Source of the DNA: a virus
Length of the DNA: 64,000 bases
IMG/VR virus record: IMGVR_UViG_3300022699_000302
Coordinates: 130,115 to 194,114 of that record
Reading direction: 5' to 3' (one strand)
Shown here: positions 19,358 to 29,517 of the stretch, one piece after another
Position numbering within the stretch: the first letter of the stretch is position 1
Layout: each line of letters opens with the position of its first letter
Program-made: the position numbers and the translations under genes
The notes under the pieces: generated by a model
Told to the model about the DNA's origin: nothing
Seen by the model: only the letters and a program-made list of their open reading frames with translations
Database searches by the model: none

Positions 19358-22300
19358 ATGCTTTCGATTGAAGAGCAATTCCAGAGCCTTCTGGACAACG
19401 TCAAAGGCCAGGTATCCGACTTTTTCCCTATTGAGGGTCGGAAGCGCATTTTGAGGGCCAAGAACATTCGTATGGACAAAGCCGATCCTGGCCGGATGTT
19501 GGCCTGGAACCAGATCCAAAAAGCTAAAGACAACGAGGGGTCTTTCCTCTCTATGGTTCGAGGAGATCTCGAGCTGGTCGACAAGAATACCGGCAAGGTT
19601 GTTGAGAACAAGAAAAACCAGGTCTTAGCTCACGTCCCCCACATGACGGGCCTCAACTCGTTTGTGGTCAATGGTAAAGACCTGCAGGTCATCAACCAGC
19701 TCCGACGACGCCCCGGTATCTACCCGTCTTACACCTCGGACGACAACGTCCAATCGCGTATTACGTCGACCGGCGCTAATTACGACGTCATTCTGAATCG
19801 TAAGACCGGTGAGTACCTGATGAAGGTGGGGACCTCGAACCTCAAATTGGTTCCTTTCCTTAAAGATCTCGGCGTACCCGAGAAGAAGATTATCCGGGCA
19901 ATCGGCAAGGACGCCTACGATCAGAACATCAATGTCTCGAGTAATCGTGACGAGCTCAAGCGCTTTTGGGACAAGGTTCGTTCAAAACCGGCCCCTGAGG
20001 ATCGGAAGGAGCTCATCAAGGAGGTCAATAACTTCCTTGAGTCGAAGCCTTTGGATGCGGACGTTACCCAAACTACTATCGACACGCCTCATAAGAATAT
20101 CTCAGCTAACGCTATTGTTGATGCTACTCGAGCAGTTCGAGAAGTAGCTAACGGCAAGCGTCTCCCCGCTGACATGGAGTCTCTGGTCTTCAAGTCGATC
20201 CACTCTGTAGAAGATTTTGTCGGGGATCGGCTTAAGAAGTCAATTCCCGGGATCAAGGCTCGAATGAAGTTCCAGGTCGACGAAAAGTCCAAGATTAAGG
20301 ATATGTTCGGTCCGATGCTTCTATCCAAGCCGATCCTGTCGGAGTTCACGATGTCGGAGTTCACTCGCTACTCCGACCAGAACAACCCACTTGATGTCCT
20401 TGGTACATCCCAGGGTGTGACAGTCATGGGCGAAGGCGGCATTTCTACGGTCCACCAGGTTCCCGAGGATGTGCGTAATATTCACCCCACCCATCTAGGG
20501 TTCATCGACCCTCTGCATACTGCGGAGGACATCAAGATCGGTCTTTCCAACCACCTCACTGAGGGTGTGTTGAAGCGCGGTAATCAGATGTATCGTCGCG
20601 TCTGGGATGCCAAGAAAAAGAAGATGACGGTTAAGAGTCCGGTTGAGCTTTCTCGATCTGTAGTAGCATTCCCGGATCAATTCAAACCCGATGATCCCAA
20701 GAGGCCGAAGGCTTTCAAGCCGATCAATAAGACGGTGATGGCCATCAATAAAGGGACATTCGATAAGGTATCGTCCCGAAAAGTCGACTACGTATTGCCG
20801 ACTACTCAGTCTCCTTTCAGTTTCGTAACCAACGCTGTTCCGTTCATGCATTCCAACAGCGGTGCGCGAATGTTGATGGCCGGCCGCCACCTCGAACAAG
20901 CGGTTTCCCTGACGGACCGTGAAGCCCCACTGGTTCAGAGCGAGTATCACGGAGTCCCTTACGACAAGGCTATCGGGAACGCGATGCTGACCGCTGCGGA
21001 TAAACCTGGAGTAGTCACAAAGGTCAAACCAGGCGTAATCAGCATTCGTCACGAAGGCGAGAGGAAGTCGACCAAGTACGAGATTCCCGACCATTATCCG
21101 CTGAACTCAGAGACTTACATGACTGAGACCCCACTTGTCAAAGTTGGAGACAAGGTCAAGAAGGGCCAGCGCCTTACCGAATCGAATTTCTCGAAAAACG
21201 GAGATCTGGCTCTTGGTAAGAACTTGACCACTGCTTTCATACCGTGGAAGGGTCACAACTTTGAAGACGGTATTGTGATCTCTGAAAATGCGGCTCAGAA
21301 GCTGACTTCGGAACACAAACACGAAATGCGGGTCGAAAAAGACCGCAACGTGAAGATCGGTAAGAAGTATCTATTCGCTCAGTTTCCCGACATGAAAGAG
21401 CATTGGGATTCTGATCGAAAAGATGATCTTCCTAAGCCCGGAGACACCATCAAGCCGGGTCAAATCATTATTCCTGCGATCCAGGAACAAAAGCTTGGTC
21501 CGCAAACCGAATACAGTCGGATCCACAAAGCGCTGCACAAACCCTACAAAGATGCTTCGGTACGGTGGAGAGAGCTGACTGACGGTAAGGTTGTCCGTGT
21601 CGTCAAGAACCCGAATTTCGTCAAGGTATTCGTGAAGACGAAGGAGCCGATGCAGGTCGGCGATAAGCTGTCGTCGCGGGCGGGTTCGAAAGGGATTGTT
21701 ACCAAGATCGTCCCCGATAATGAGATGCCTCGTAACGAGGAAGGGGAGGTCGTAGATGTCCTATTCAACCCCTATGGTCTGCCGGGACGAATGAACCCGG
21801 GTCTGATGTTTGAAGCCTCCATGGGTAAGGTCTCCAAGAAGACCGGTAAACCCACGGTGGTTCAGAACTTCAATAATGTCGACAGCCAGGTCAAGTGGGT
21901 CAAAAGCCAGCTGAAGAAGCACGGTCTCAAAGACACTGAAACAATTGACGACCCCACGCATAACAGGCAACACAAGAACATCCTTTCCGGACCGGTACAC
22001 TGGCTCAAGCTCAAGCACCAGGTTCGTAATAAGCTGTCAGCCCGTGGCCACGCCGATGGATACACCATTGATGGACGCCCAGCCAAGGGTGGGGTCGATG
22101 AAGAGGACATCTCTACATCGGCCCAGTCCATCGGCCCTCTCGAGCTCTATTCATTGATGGCCGGGGGTCATACCGAGTTCTTGAAGGACGCTTCTGGGAT
22201 CAAGTCGAACCAGAATGTGGATTTCTGGAATGCGTATCAAACCGGTCAGCCCACCCCGGAGCCTGTGGTACCTACAGTCCTGGATCGATTCCACTCTTAT

Positions 22301-25300
22301 TTGGAAGGTGCCGGCATCCGTCTCACCAACCGAGACGACACATTGCAGGCTACTCCTTTTACCGACAAGGAGATCCTGAAGCGATCAAAGGGTCGTATCA
22401 CGGAACCAGGTGTAGTCCGCACGTCAGGGTTTGACCTGGTCGAGGAAAAGAACGGGTTGTTCGATAAGAAGATCACCGGAGGCTTGCAGGGCGGACCGGA
22501 TAAATGGTCTCACATTGAACTGGCCGAACGCATCCTCCACCCGCTTTACGAGAAGCCGGTTCAGGCGGTCACGGGTCTAAAAAAGAAGGAGTTGGACGGC
22601 CTTCTCTCCGGTAAAAAGTTCGTCGATAAGGATGGCAACTTGGTTTCGTCCGATGCAACCAATAATCTAACCGGAGGCGAAGGAGTCCATCGTCTCCTGT
22701 CTAAGATCGACGTCCAAAAGGAACTGAGGTCGTCTCGAGCCCGGTTGGCTACTGCGAACAAGACTGAAAAGCCCAAGTTGTTGAAGAAGATCAAGTACTT
22801 GTCGTCTCTTGATCGGATGAAGTTGAATCCGGCTGAGGCATTCACCAACAAGTATCTTCCGGTGGTCCCTCCGACAGCCCGTCCAATTTATGCGATGGAT
22901 GACGGAAACCTCAATGTAGCCGACCCCAACCACGGTTATCGAGAGGTCCTGTTTATCAATCGTGCTCTCGAGGATCTGAAGAAGCACAAGATCGGTAACG
23001 AGACTCTAGCGCCGGTCCGGGCAGGGCTCTACAAAGCTACAGCAGGCCTGGTGGGCCTCACCACTCCACTGACCCGAAACGCCAACTTCAAGGGGTTCAT
23101 CTCTACAATCGCGGGTCAACAAAATAAGACCGGTCTATTCCAGTCCAAGGTGGTCAAGCGCACCCAGGACTTATCAGGTCGCTCGACCTTGATCGTGGAT
23201 CCGAAACTCCACATGGATCACATCGGGATTCCGAAGCCGATGGCGAAGAAAGTATTCGCTCCTATGGCTATTCGGAAGATGGTGGTGTCATACGGCCTGA
23301 ACCCTGTTGATGCACGAGATGAGCTGCAGAAGCTGACTCCTCGAGCCGAGAAGGCTCTTCAAGACACCATGGCGGAGCGCCCGGTGATCCTCAACCGTGC
23401 CCCGTCGCTCCACAAGTTCTCGACGGTTTCTGCTATCGGTAAGCTGGTCGACGGCCAGGCTATCCAGATCAACCCCCTGACAGTGGGAGGCCTAAACGCA
23501 GACTTTGATGGAGACACTGCCGCCCTTCACATACCGGTATCAGAGAAGGCCCGTATCGAGTCTTGGAAGAAGCTTCCCTCAAAGACTTTGATCTCCCCGA
23601 AAGATCTGAAGGTCATCCACGCACCCTCAAAGGAAGCGCTGTTCGGGTTGTACTACATGACTAAGCCAGTAAAAGGAAAAGCGACTCCGGTTAAAGATGC
23701 TCAGGACGTTTTGAAGCAGCTCAAAGAGCGAAAGATCGACGTCAATTCCCCGATCAAGTACAAAGGGAAAACGTGGACTCCTGGCCACTTCATGATCAAC
23801 TCAGTACTGCCGGATAAGTACAAGATTAACCACGAACCATTCACCGGCGGCAAGATCAAATCAGTGATTAATGATATGGCCCGATCTCATCCCAAGCAGG
23901 TCGGTGATGTGATCACGAAGCTCAAGGACTTTGGGTTTGATCACGCTTCGAAGCTAGGCTTCTCGGTAGGTCTGGATGACCTCGATAATCCCCAGATCGA
24001 CAAACTCAACAAGTCGATTCTTCCGAAGATCATGCAGCGGGCTAAGAAGAAGGATCCCGTCGAAGCGATCATTTGGGGGTCCGATAAAGCCGAAAAGGCA
24101 ATGGACAAACTCAAAGACAACCGGTTCGCTGAACTGACTTACCTCAGCGGAGCCGGAGGCAAGTATAAGGGCAACGTACAGCAAATGGTCATGGCCCCGA
24201 TTGGAGTAAAAGACACTAAGGGAGCTGCCGTACCGATTCCGATTACTCGAGGTTATGCTCGAGGAATGGATATGGGTTCCTATTGGGCAACTCTTCCCGG
24301 CATGCGTAAAGGCCTGGCGGATCGTGCAATCTCAACAGCAGACACCGGTGCTTTTGCTAAAGAACTGAACAATACTACTATTGGTTTGAGGATCGGTGGA
24401 GAGGATTGCAAGACCACGAACGGGATTGAGCTGCCCGTCAACCACAGCGATCTAGCCGGTCGATTCATTGCTGACGGTTCATTCAAAGGAAAGTTAGCGT
24501 CCCCTGATATCTTGAAGCAAATGCGAGGCAAGGGGGTGAAAACCGTCAAGGTCCGCTCGCCGGCCACCTGTGCACTCAAAACCGGAGTTTGTGCGAAGTG
24601 CATGGGAACCAACGAATCGGGCAGTCTCTACAACAAGGGATTTCATATCGGAGCTTTGGTCGGAACAACGATCTCCGAGCCCCTGACCCAGATGGTGATG
24701 CGCACGTTCCATACCGGAGCGAAGATTGGTGGTGGCGAGGTTGGCTATCGGAGGATCAATCAGATCTTCAACATGCCGAAGAATATTCGTGGCAAGGCCC
24801 CCTTGTCGACTCAGGCCGGTAAAGTCGAAGATATCCTTGAGACTGATCGTGGTGGCTGGGAAGTCACTGTTGGAGGAGCAAAACATTTCGTACCGACTGA
24901 GCTTAAGTTGAGAGTGAAGAAAGGACAGAAAATCAAGGCCGGTGACCAGCTGTCCCAACACGGTGTCGTTCATCCTCGCGAGCTCGCGAATTACAAGGGG
25001 ATCGATAAAGCTCGAGATCTCCTTCTGACCGACATCGAGAAAGAAATGAAGGCTTCGGGTCAGAATGTTCGCCGGCGTATCTACGAAGCGGCCGTGAGGC
25101 CTCTTATCGACAAAGCGTTAGTAACTAACCCTGGTGATGCCGAAGCGAAATATCATGTACAACCCGGAGATGTGGTCTCTTCTAACCACATCCCTGAGAT
25201 GAACAAGGGACTCAAACGTCCTCTGCAGGCCGAACCTCACTTGATGTCGATCAAGGAAGTTCCCTTCACGAGAGAAGACTTTATCGGCCCGCTGATGTTC

Positions 25301-25462
25301 CAGAGGATCCCGAGAACTCTAACTAGAGCTCCGGCATATGGGACGAAGACCAAACTCAAGGGAATGGACTCTCACCCTGTTGTCGAGTATGTATATAACA
25401 AGATGGCAGGCGAAGAACCGAAGTACCCCGTGATCATCTGGGATGACGATGTGGCCGAATAG
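19358..25462 (+). CDS. rpoBC: Fused beta-beta' multisubunit DNA-directed RNA polymerase
   Basis: beta motifs: QLRRRPGIY, HPTHLGFIDP, WKGHNFEDG, GDKLSSRAGSKG, NPYGLPGRMN, LKLKHQVRNKLSAR. beta' motifs: GLFDKKITG, HIELA, LPVVPP, LNRAPSLH, NADFDGD (23495-23515), RKGLAD bridge helix, CALKTGVCAKC, ISEPLTQMVMRTFHTG trigger loop. Confidence 0.97.
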   Translation: MLSIEEQFQSLLDNVKGQVSDFFPIEGRKRILRAKNIRMDKADPGRMLAWNQIQKAKDNEGSFLSMVRGDLELVDKNTGKVVENKKNQVLAHVPHMTGLNSFVVNGKDLQVINQLRRRPGIYPSYTSDDNVQSRITSTGANYDVILNRKTGEYLMKVGTSNLKLVPFLKDLGVPEKKIIRAIGKDAYDQNINVSSNRDELKRFWDKVRSKPAPEDRKELIKEVNNFLESKPLDADVTQTTIDTPHKNISANAIVDATRAVREVANGKRLPADMESLVFKSIHSVEDFVGDRLKKSIPGIKARMKFQVDEKSKIKDMFGPMLLSKPILSEFTMSEFTRYSDQNNPLDVLGTSQGVTVMGEGGISTVHQVPEDVRNIHPTHLGFIDPLHTAEDIKIGLSNHLTEGVLKRGNQMYRRVWDAKKKKMTVKSPVELSRSVVAFPDQFKPDDPKRPKAFKPINKTVMAINKGTFDKVSSRKVDYVLPTTQSPFSFVTNAVPFMHSNSGARMLMAGRHLEQAVSLTDREAPLVQSEYHGVPYDKAIGNAMLTAADKPGVVTKVKPGVISIRHEGERKSTKYEIPDHYPLNSETYMTETPLVKVGDKVKKGQRLTESNFSKNGDLALGKNLTTAFIPWKGHNFEDGIVISENAAQKLTSEHKHEMRVEKDRNVKIGKKYLFAQFPDMKEHWDSDRKDDLPKPGDTIKPGQIIIPAIQEQKLGPQTEYSRIHKALHKPYKDASVRWRELTDGKVVRVVKNPNFVKVFVKTKEPMQVGDKLSSRAGSKGIVTKIVPDNEMPRNEEGEVVDVLFNPYGLPGRMNPGLMFEASMGKVSKKTGKPTVVQNFNNVDSQVKWVKSQLKKHGLKDTETIDDPTHNRQHKNILSGPVHWLKLKHQVRNKLSARGHADGYTIDGRPAKGGVDEEDISTSAQSIGPLELYSLMAGGHTEFLKDASGIKSNQNVDFWNAYQTGQPTPEPVVPTVLDRFHSYLEGAGIRLTNRDDTLQATPFTDKEILKRSKGRITEPGVVRTSGFDLVEEKNGLFDKKITGGLQGGPDKWSHIELAERILHPLYEKPVQAVTGLKKKELDGLLSGKKFVDKDGNLVSSDATNNLTGGEGVHRLLSKIDVQKELRSSRARLATANKTEKPKLLKKIKYLSSLDRMKLNPAEAFTNKYLPVVPPTARPIYAMDDGNLNVADPNHGYREVLFINRALEDLKKHKIGNETLAPVRAGLYKATAGLVGLTTPLTRNANFKGFISTIAGQQNKTGLFQSKVVKRTQDLSGRSTLIVDPKLHMDHIGIPKPMAKKVFAPMAIRKMVVSYGLNPVDARDELQKLTPRAEKALQDTMAERPVILNRAPSLHKFSTVSAIGKLVDGQAIQINPLTVGGLNADFDGDTAALHIPVSEKARIESWKKLPSKTLISPKDLKVIHAPSKEALFGLYYMTKPVKGKATPVKDAQDVLKQLKERKIDVNSPIKYKGKTWTPGHFMINSVLPDKYKINHEPFTGGKIKSVINDMARSHPKQVGDVITKLKDFGFDHASKLGFSVGLDDLDNPQIDKLNKSILPKIMQRAKKKDPVEAIIWGSDKAEKAMDKLKDNRFAELTYLSGAGGKYKGNVQQMVMAPIGVKDTKGAAVPIPITRGYARGMDMGSYWATLPGMRKGLADRAISTADTGAFAKELNNTTIGLRIGGEDCKTTNGIELPVNHSDLAGRFIADGSFKGKLASPDILKQMRGKGVKTVKVRSPATCALKTGVCAKCMGTNESGSLYNKGFHIGALVGTTISEPLTQMVMRTFHTGAKIGGGEVGYRRINQIFNMPKNIRGKAPLSTQAGKVEDILETDRGGWEVTVGGAKHFVPTELKLRVKKGQKIKAGDQLSQHGVVHPRELANYKGIDKARDLLLTDIEKEMKASGQNVRRRIYEAAVRPLIDKALVTNPGDAEAKYHVQPGDVVSSNHIPEMNKGLKRPLQAEPHLMSIKEVPFTREDFIGPLMFQRIPRTLTRAPAYGTKTKLKGMDSHPVVEYVYNKMAGEEPKYPVIIWDDDVAE
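22640..22662. repeat. 23-bp dispersed palindrome, copy 3 (inside RNAP)
   Basis: TTGGTTTCGTC C GATGCAACCAA, read as LVSSDATN. Confidence 0.9.
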
Positions 25463-26621
25463 CCCGGCAACCAACCAAAGCATGCAGTTCGATACCGGAA
25501 CGGTCATCGAGTATGTACGAGATCGGGACGTTCATCAAGTCCGTCTGGATCGGGGGTTGGTTATCGAAGCTCGCGCTCTCGATCTCGGCGTTCTCCGCGC
25601 TATCCGTAGGGATCAGAAAGTAGTTGTGTTCCGGGCCCCCACAATGCAGTGGGCTATCCTTGGGTCACTTCCTGTTCCCAATAAGCATGTATCAGGCGAT
25701 CCTGAGATCGATGACCTCTACGCCCGGCAACCGGATTCCGCCCCCGAGGGGGAGGCCACGTACCGTCTTCCCGGGCGAGAGGTTCTCGGTCCTGACGATA
25801 AAGAGATTGAAGCCAGATCAGATACATCTTTCGCCAGGATGCTCCTATTCTCTGCTGGTGGTGTTGTATCTGAAGCGGGGAAATTCTGCTTCCGCTATAT
25901 GAACGGTATCCGTCGGCGCATTACTGAATTTTGCTATCACTTTCTGGTCAAGATTCCCGGTATTACCGTCTCAGCTAAAACTGATGACGAGAACAAAACA
26001 GCTCAGACATCGATTTCGATCAAGCCGTCATTGACCCAGGGAGTTTCGGAAACGAACAACCTCAAACTCGTGATGGGGGCGGATGCCATTAATGCTGCAG
26101 ACACTGCGCCCAACGTCACTCAGAAAGGGCAGGGCGGCGAGCTTGAATCCGCGTCATCCGGTAACCCCGGGATTGGTCTTGAGCTGGGCGAATTCATAAA
26201 AATGTTGGCGTCGGCTCAAAGCGGCAAGGTCCGCGTAGCCGTCGGAGAGGCCAACAGCGTCGAAATCGACACGACACAGCTCCTAGCACAGATTACTGAA
26301 GCACAGATTCAGATGTCCTCAGAAGGTATTACACTGCAAACCGGGGAAGAAACCATCACGCTCGGCCTATCTGAGCTACTTTTGACTGTGTCAGCACTTA
26401 CAATGACTATAACGGGTGCAGCCAATATTACGGCTAGCACGATTGCGTTGAACGGGACGACTACGATCGAGAATTATCGATTCCTGGTTGATCTCATCAA
26501 TAAGTTGAACGAGGAGTGGGTAACTGTCTTCAACGGGCACATCCATACCGCCGGACCGATTCCGACGACTGGACCCAGCGGAGCCTTCACTCCCATTGTA
26601 CCGACCGGAGCTGGAACATAA
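25443..26621 (+). CDS. Baseplate central spike (gpV/VgrG-like); start may be 25482
   Basis: OB-fold-like N-terminus (GTVIEYVRDRDVHQVRLD), beta-helix-like repeats, FNGHIHT metal-binding tip. Confidence 0.7.
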   Translation: MTMWPNSPATNQSMQFDTGTVIEYVRDRDVHQVRLDRGLVIEARALDLGVLRAIRRDQKVVVFRAPTMQWAILGSLPVPNKHVSGDPEIDDLYARQPDSAPEGEATYRLPGREVLGPDDKEIEARSDTSFARMLLFSAGGVVSEAGKFCFRYMNGIRRRITEFCYHFLVKIPGITVSAKTDDENKTAQTSISIKPSLTQGVSETNNLKLVMGADAINAADTAPNVTQKGQGGELESASSGNPGIGLELGEFIKMLASAQSGKVRVAVGEANSVEIDTTQLLAQITEAQIQMSSEGITLQTGEETITLGLSELLLTVSALTMTITGAANITASTIALNGTTTIENYRFLVDLINKLNEEWVTVFNGHIHTAGPIPTTGPSGAFTPIVPTGAGT

Positions 26622-26623
26622 CG

Positions 26624-28369
26624 ATGAACGACCTCTTTCTTGACCTACCCGCAGAACAGTTCGAGAAGGGTGCCGATACTCGCCTCCCCGCTGATATGTC
26701 TCAGTGGGATCATGCAATTCTGAATTCTTTGGCGGAGCAGCATCCCTACATCCCTCTCGAAGATTATCGACTGGTGATGAATGCCAAAGATGCCGAGATG
26801 CGTAATGCTGTCGGCAATATCGTAATCAAAGAAGGTGTTCAGATCCCTGTCCTTGTTGAGCAGGGAAGGCTCAAGCCGTTCGATATGTTCCTCAAGGAAG
26901 GCAAGTACTACACGATGAACTCGGACGAGCTTCGTCAGGTACTGCACTCTCCTTCATTTGGTGAGCCCATTCCTCCGGGACAGGGTGAAATCGCTGACGT
27001 CTTCCTGACTCATACTCGCCCCCCGTTCGACGGCAAATACACTTTTGCCGCGATGATCGGAGACAAGGCTTCCTACGAGGATGCTTTTACCACGGTCTAC
27101 AACAAGGAAGGCGAAGAGTACCTCGAGAATGACCCAATACTTCAGGACATCCTAGGGGAAGCCGGTAGTTTCCCGGTCGAGGGAATTGAGTATCAAGCCA
27201 AAACAGCTTCGATCGTGAAGTCTGCTGCTGTTCCGATTCAGACCGATGAATTTGAGCCGATCGACAAGACCGGATCTTTCAAAGTTCAGGGCCAGAACGG
27301 CAAAATCTATCGCGGATGGCACTTCTCAACTATCGATAAGGGAAACCTGTTTGTTCCGTTTTCCAAGCACGCTTATGATTATCGGTTCGGCAAAGAGGCC
27401 GAGACGCCGATGGGCGGTATCGAGGAGACTACTGGCAAGCTTCCCGATGATGAAGTCGGTCACCATGGAGCTTGGGTCTGGACGGATAAATACGGCGGTT
27501 TGCGCTCTACCTCTCCTGTGGAGATTGAAAGGGATTTTGGTAAAGACAAATACGCCGTGAAGAACTCTTTCGGTTCACAACTTTTGATCCAGAAAGATGC
27601 TAGTTTTCAGGACGGTACGAAAGTCGGGTCCGACATTTTCTTGCCGGAGAGCGCGACATTCATGCGTCTCAACCCCAAGTCCTTGAAGATTCGGGAAGCG
27701 GAGAAGCGTAGTGCTCTGTTCGAAGATCCGTTCATGTCGGTTCTTAAGGTCGATGACGGGCAGTACCGGGTCGAGCTGCAGGATCGTTACAAAGAAGCCT
27801 TGGATACTGAGCTGCCGGAAAGTCTTACCGAGAAGCAGGCCGCGAAATTCCTCAGTGAGTTCTATGAGCCGGAATCAGTGAAAACGGTTCTTGCCTCTTG
27901 CAAGCGTCGTAGTGCTGTATTCCTCAAGGCTCCGATGGTGGAGAAGCGTGCGGGTGTTGATGAGAAAAAGCTGGCTAAAACAATCGAGGAGATAACGCCT
28001 CGTATCCAGAAAAATGCCCGCGTTGCTCTGAAGGCCACCATGCAGATCCGTAATGTTCCTGATCTGTCAGATCTCAAGCTGTTTGACTTCAGCAAAGCTG
28101 CGGCAGATTTTGCCGATGAGGAGATGCCCAATACTTTGGACACTGCTCTGGGCTTGAATATCTTGACGGATGAGAACATCTTGAAGTATGTTGAGTTTAT
28201 TGACTTGCTGGACTCGGCCCGGCAAGTTTGTCTGAAGCTCTTGTTAGCTTCTCGTCTTGGTCTTCCGATCGATGACGGCGCCGCTCGCTCCGCTGCATAC
28301 GCTCTTGATGCAGTGATTTCCGACCTCCGCCGCCTCCGGACCGTGTACGCCGAGGAGTCGGTGGTGTAG
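26624..28369 (+). CDS. Putative head protein with multiple KxA motifs
   Basis: ATG 26624 just after the spike stop; KGA, KTA, KSA, KRS, KRA and KAA motifs. Confidence 0.6.
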   Translation: MNDLFLDLPAEQFEKGADTRLPADMSQWDHAILNSLAEQHPYIPLEDYRLVMNAKDAEMRNAVGNIVIKEGVQIPVLVEQGRLKPFDMFLKEGKYYTMNSDELRQVLHSPSFGEPIPPGQGEIADVFLTHTRPPFDGKYTFAAMIGDKASYEDAFTTVYNKEGEEYLENDPILQDILGEAGSFPVEGIEYQAKTASIVKSAAVPIQTDEFEPIDKTGSFKVQGQNGKIYRGWHFSTIDKGNLFVPFSKHAYDYRFGKEAETPMGGIEETTGKLPDDEVGHHGAWVWTDKYGGLRSTSPVEIERDFGKDKYAVKNSFGSQLLIQKDASFQDGTKVGSDIFLPESATFMRLNPKSLKIREAEKRSALFEDPFMSVLKVDDGQYRVELQDRYKEALDTELPESLTEKQAAKFLSEFYEPESVKTVLASCKRRSAVFLKAPMVEKRAGVDEKKLAKTIEEITPRIQKNARVALKATMQIRNVPDLSDLKLFDFSKAAADFADEEMPNTLDTALGLNILTDENILKYVEFIDLLDSARQVCLKLLLASRLGLPIDDGAARSAAYALDAVISDLRRLRTVYAEESVV

Positions 28370-28371
28370 GA

Positions 28372-29517
28372 ATGTCAGTGAAGTGGTTGTCGCGACAGGC
28401 CATCCTGTCCGATTACAATCTCGCTGAAGACAGTCTCGATCATCTCACCGACCTTGAACTCTTCATTCCTGAAGAGAATAAGGTTGTCAGAGGTGTTCGC
28501 CACTTCCGTATTGATCCGCTCCAGGAAGATATCCTTCAACTAGGTGCCTTGCACTACTCCTCGATGAAAAACGGAAAGCGTCCCCTCTTTCCGTATCAGA
28601 AGATCTTGGTGTTCTATCTGTTGACCATAGGGCCCAAGCAGACCTACGACATCTTGCGGAATCGTTTGTTCATCACGTCGGAGCGTCCTACCCAGACCTA
28701 CCTCAAGAATTGGCTGACAGAGATGGTGAAGAGGGCCCCTGATAAGATTAAAGCATGGATCAAAGGGGAACAGACTGAGCCGGATGACAATAACCGAATG
28801 CTGGTCGATAACTTGCTTGTTTTGCTGGACATCGAAGATCTTTTCGAAGATCCCGATTTGGCGGATCTTCCTTTGATCTACGGAAACGGGGTCGTTCGCA
28901 GATCAATCGAGTCCATGCTGGTGACTGATGCTCAGTACGCTCAGATCCGAAAGGTGCTGGAGAGGGTTCACGAGCTCGACATCACGCTTGAAGATCTGAA
29001 GCTGTACCATCGATTCTATTTCGAGTACGACTTGCTGACTCCTGAGGAATTGATCAAGCATGTCGAGACGTACGGGGCGACCCAGTACACCGCGCTCATC
29101 AAGAAGAGCTATAATAAGTCGTTCAATGAGTATGTCCGAGAAAGGCGGTTACCTTTTCTGGTTGAAACTTCAGACATGCTTGATGACATGATTTCTATTG
29201 AGCAGCATCATTACCAGAAATACGCCACTGCCGGAGTAAGTGTCGAAGACTCGAGGAAGCGTACCATTGCGATCAATAACACGCTTTCTCTGATTGAGGC
29301 GAAGAAAGCAGTTCAGGTTGATGATGGTGTTTCCGAAATGGACCGCTTAATGCTCGAGTTTGAGGAAGCCCCGCCTCAAGAAATGAAACTACTCAAACGA
29401 GAAGACATGAACCCGGGCGAAATCGATAGCAAGGAAGTGGTCCAAGGCGCCGGCATGTGGACCTCGGCCGAGGAGATCGAGGATGGTATCAAACGCGACA
29501 GCGGAACCGGCTCCTAA
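28372..29517 (+). CDS. Hypothetical protein, possible terminase small subunit
   Basis: Helical 381-aa ORF directly upstream of and overlapping terL; assignment is positional only. Confidence 0.35.
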   Translation: MSVKWLSRQAILSDYNLAEDSLDHLTDLELFIPEENKVVRGVRHFRIDPLQEDILQLGALHYSSMKNGKRPLFPYQKILVFYLLTIGPKQTYDILRNRLFITSERPTQTYLKNWLTEMVKRAPDKIKAWIKGEQTEPDDNNRMLVDNLLVLLDIEDLFEDPDLADLPLIYGNGVVRRSIESMLVTDAQYAQIRKVLERVHELDITLEDLKLYHRFYFEYDLLTPEELIKHVETYGATQYTALIKKSYNKSFNEYVRERRLPFLVETSDMLDDMISIEQHHYQKYATAGVSVEDSRKRTIAINNTLSLIEAKKAVQVDDGVSEMDRLMLEFEEAPPQEMKLLKREDMNPGEIDSKEVVQGAGMWTSAEEIEDGIKRDSGTGS

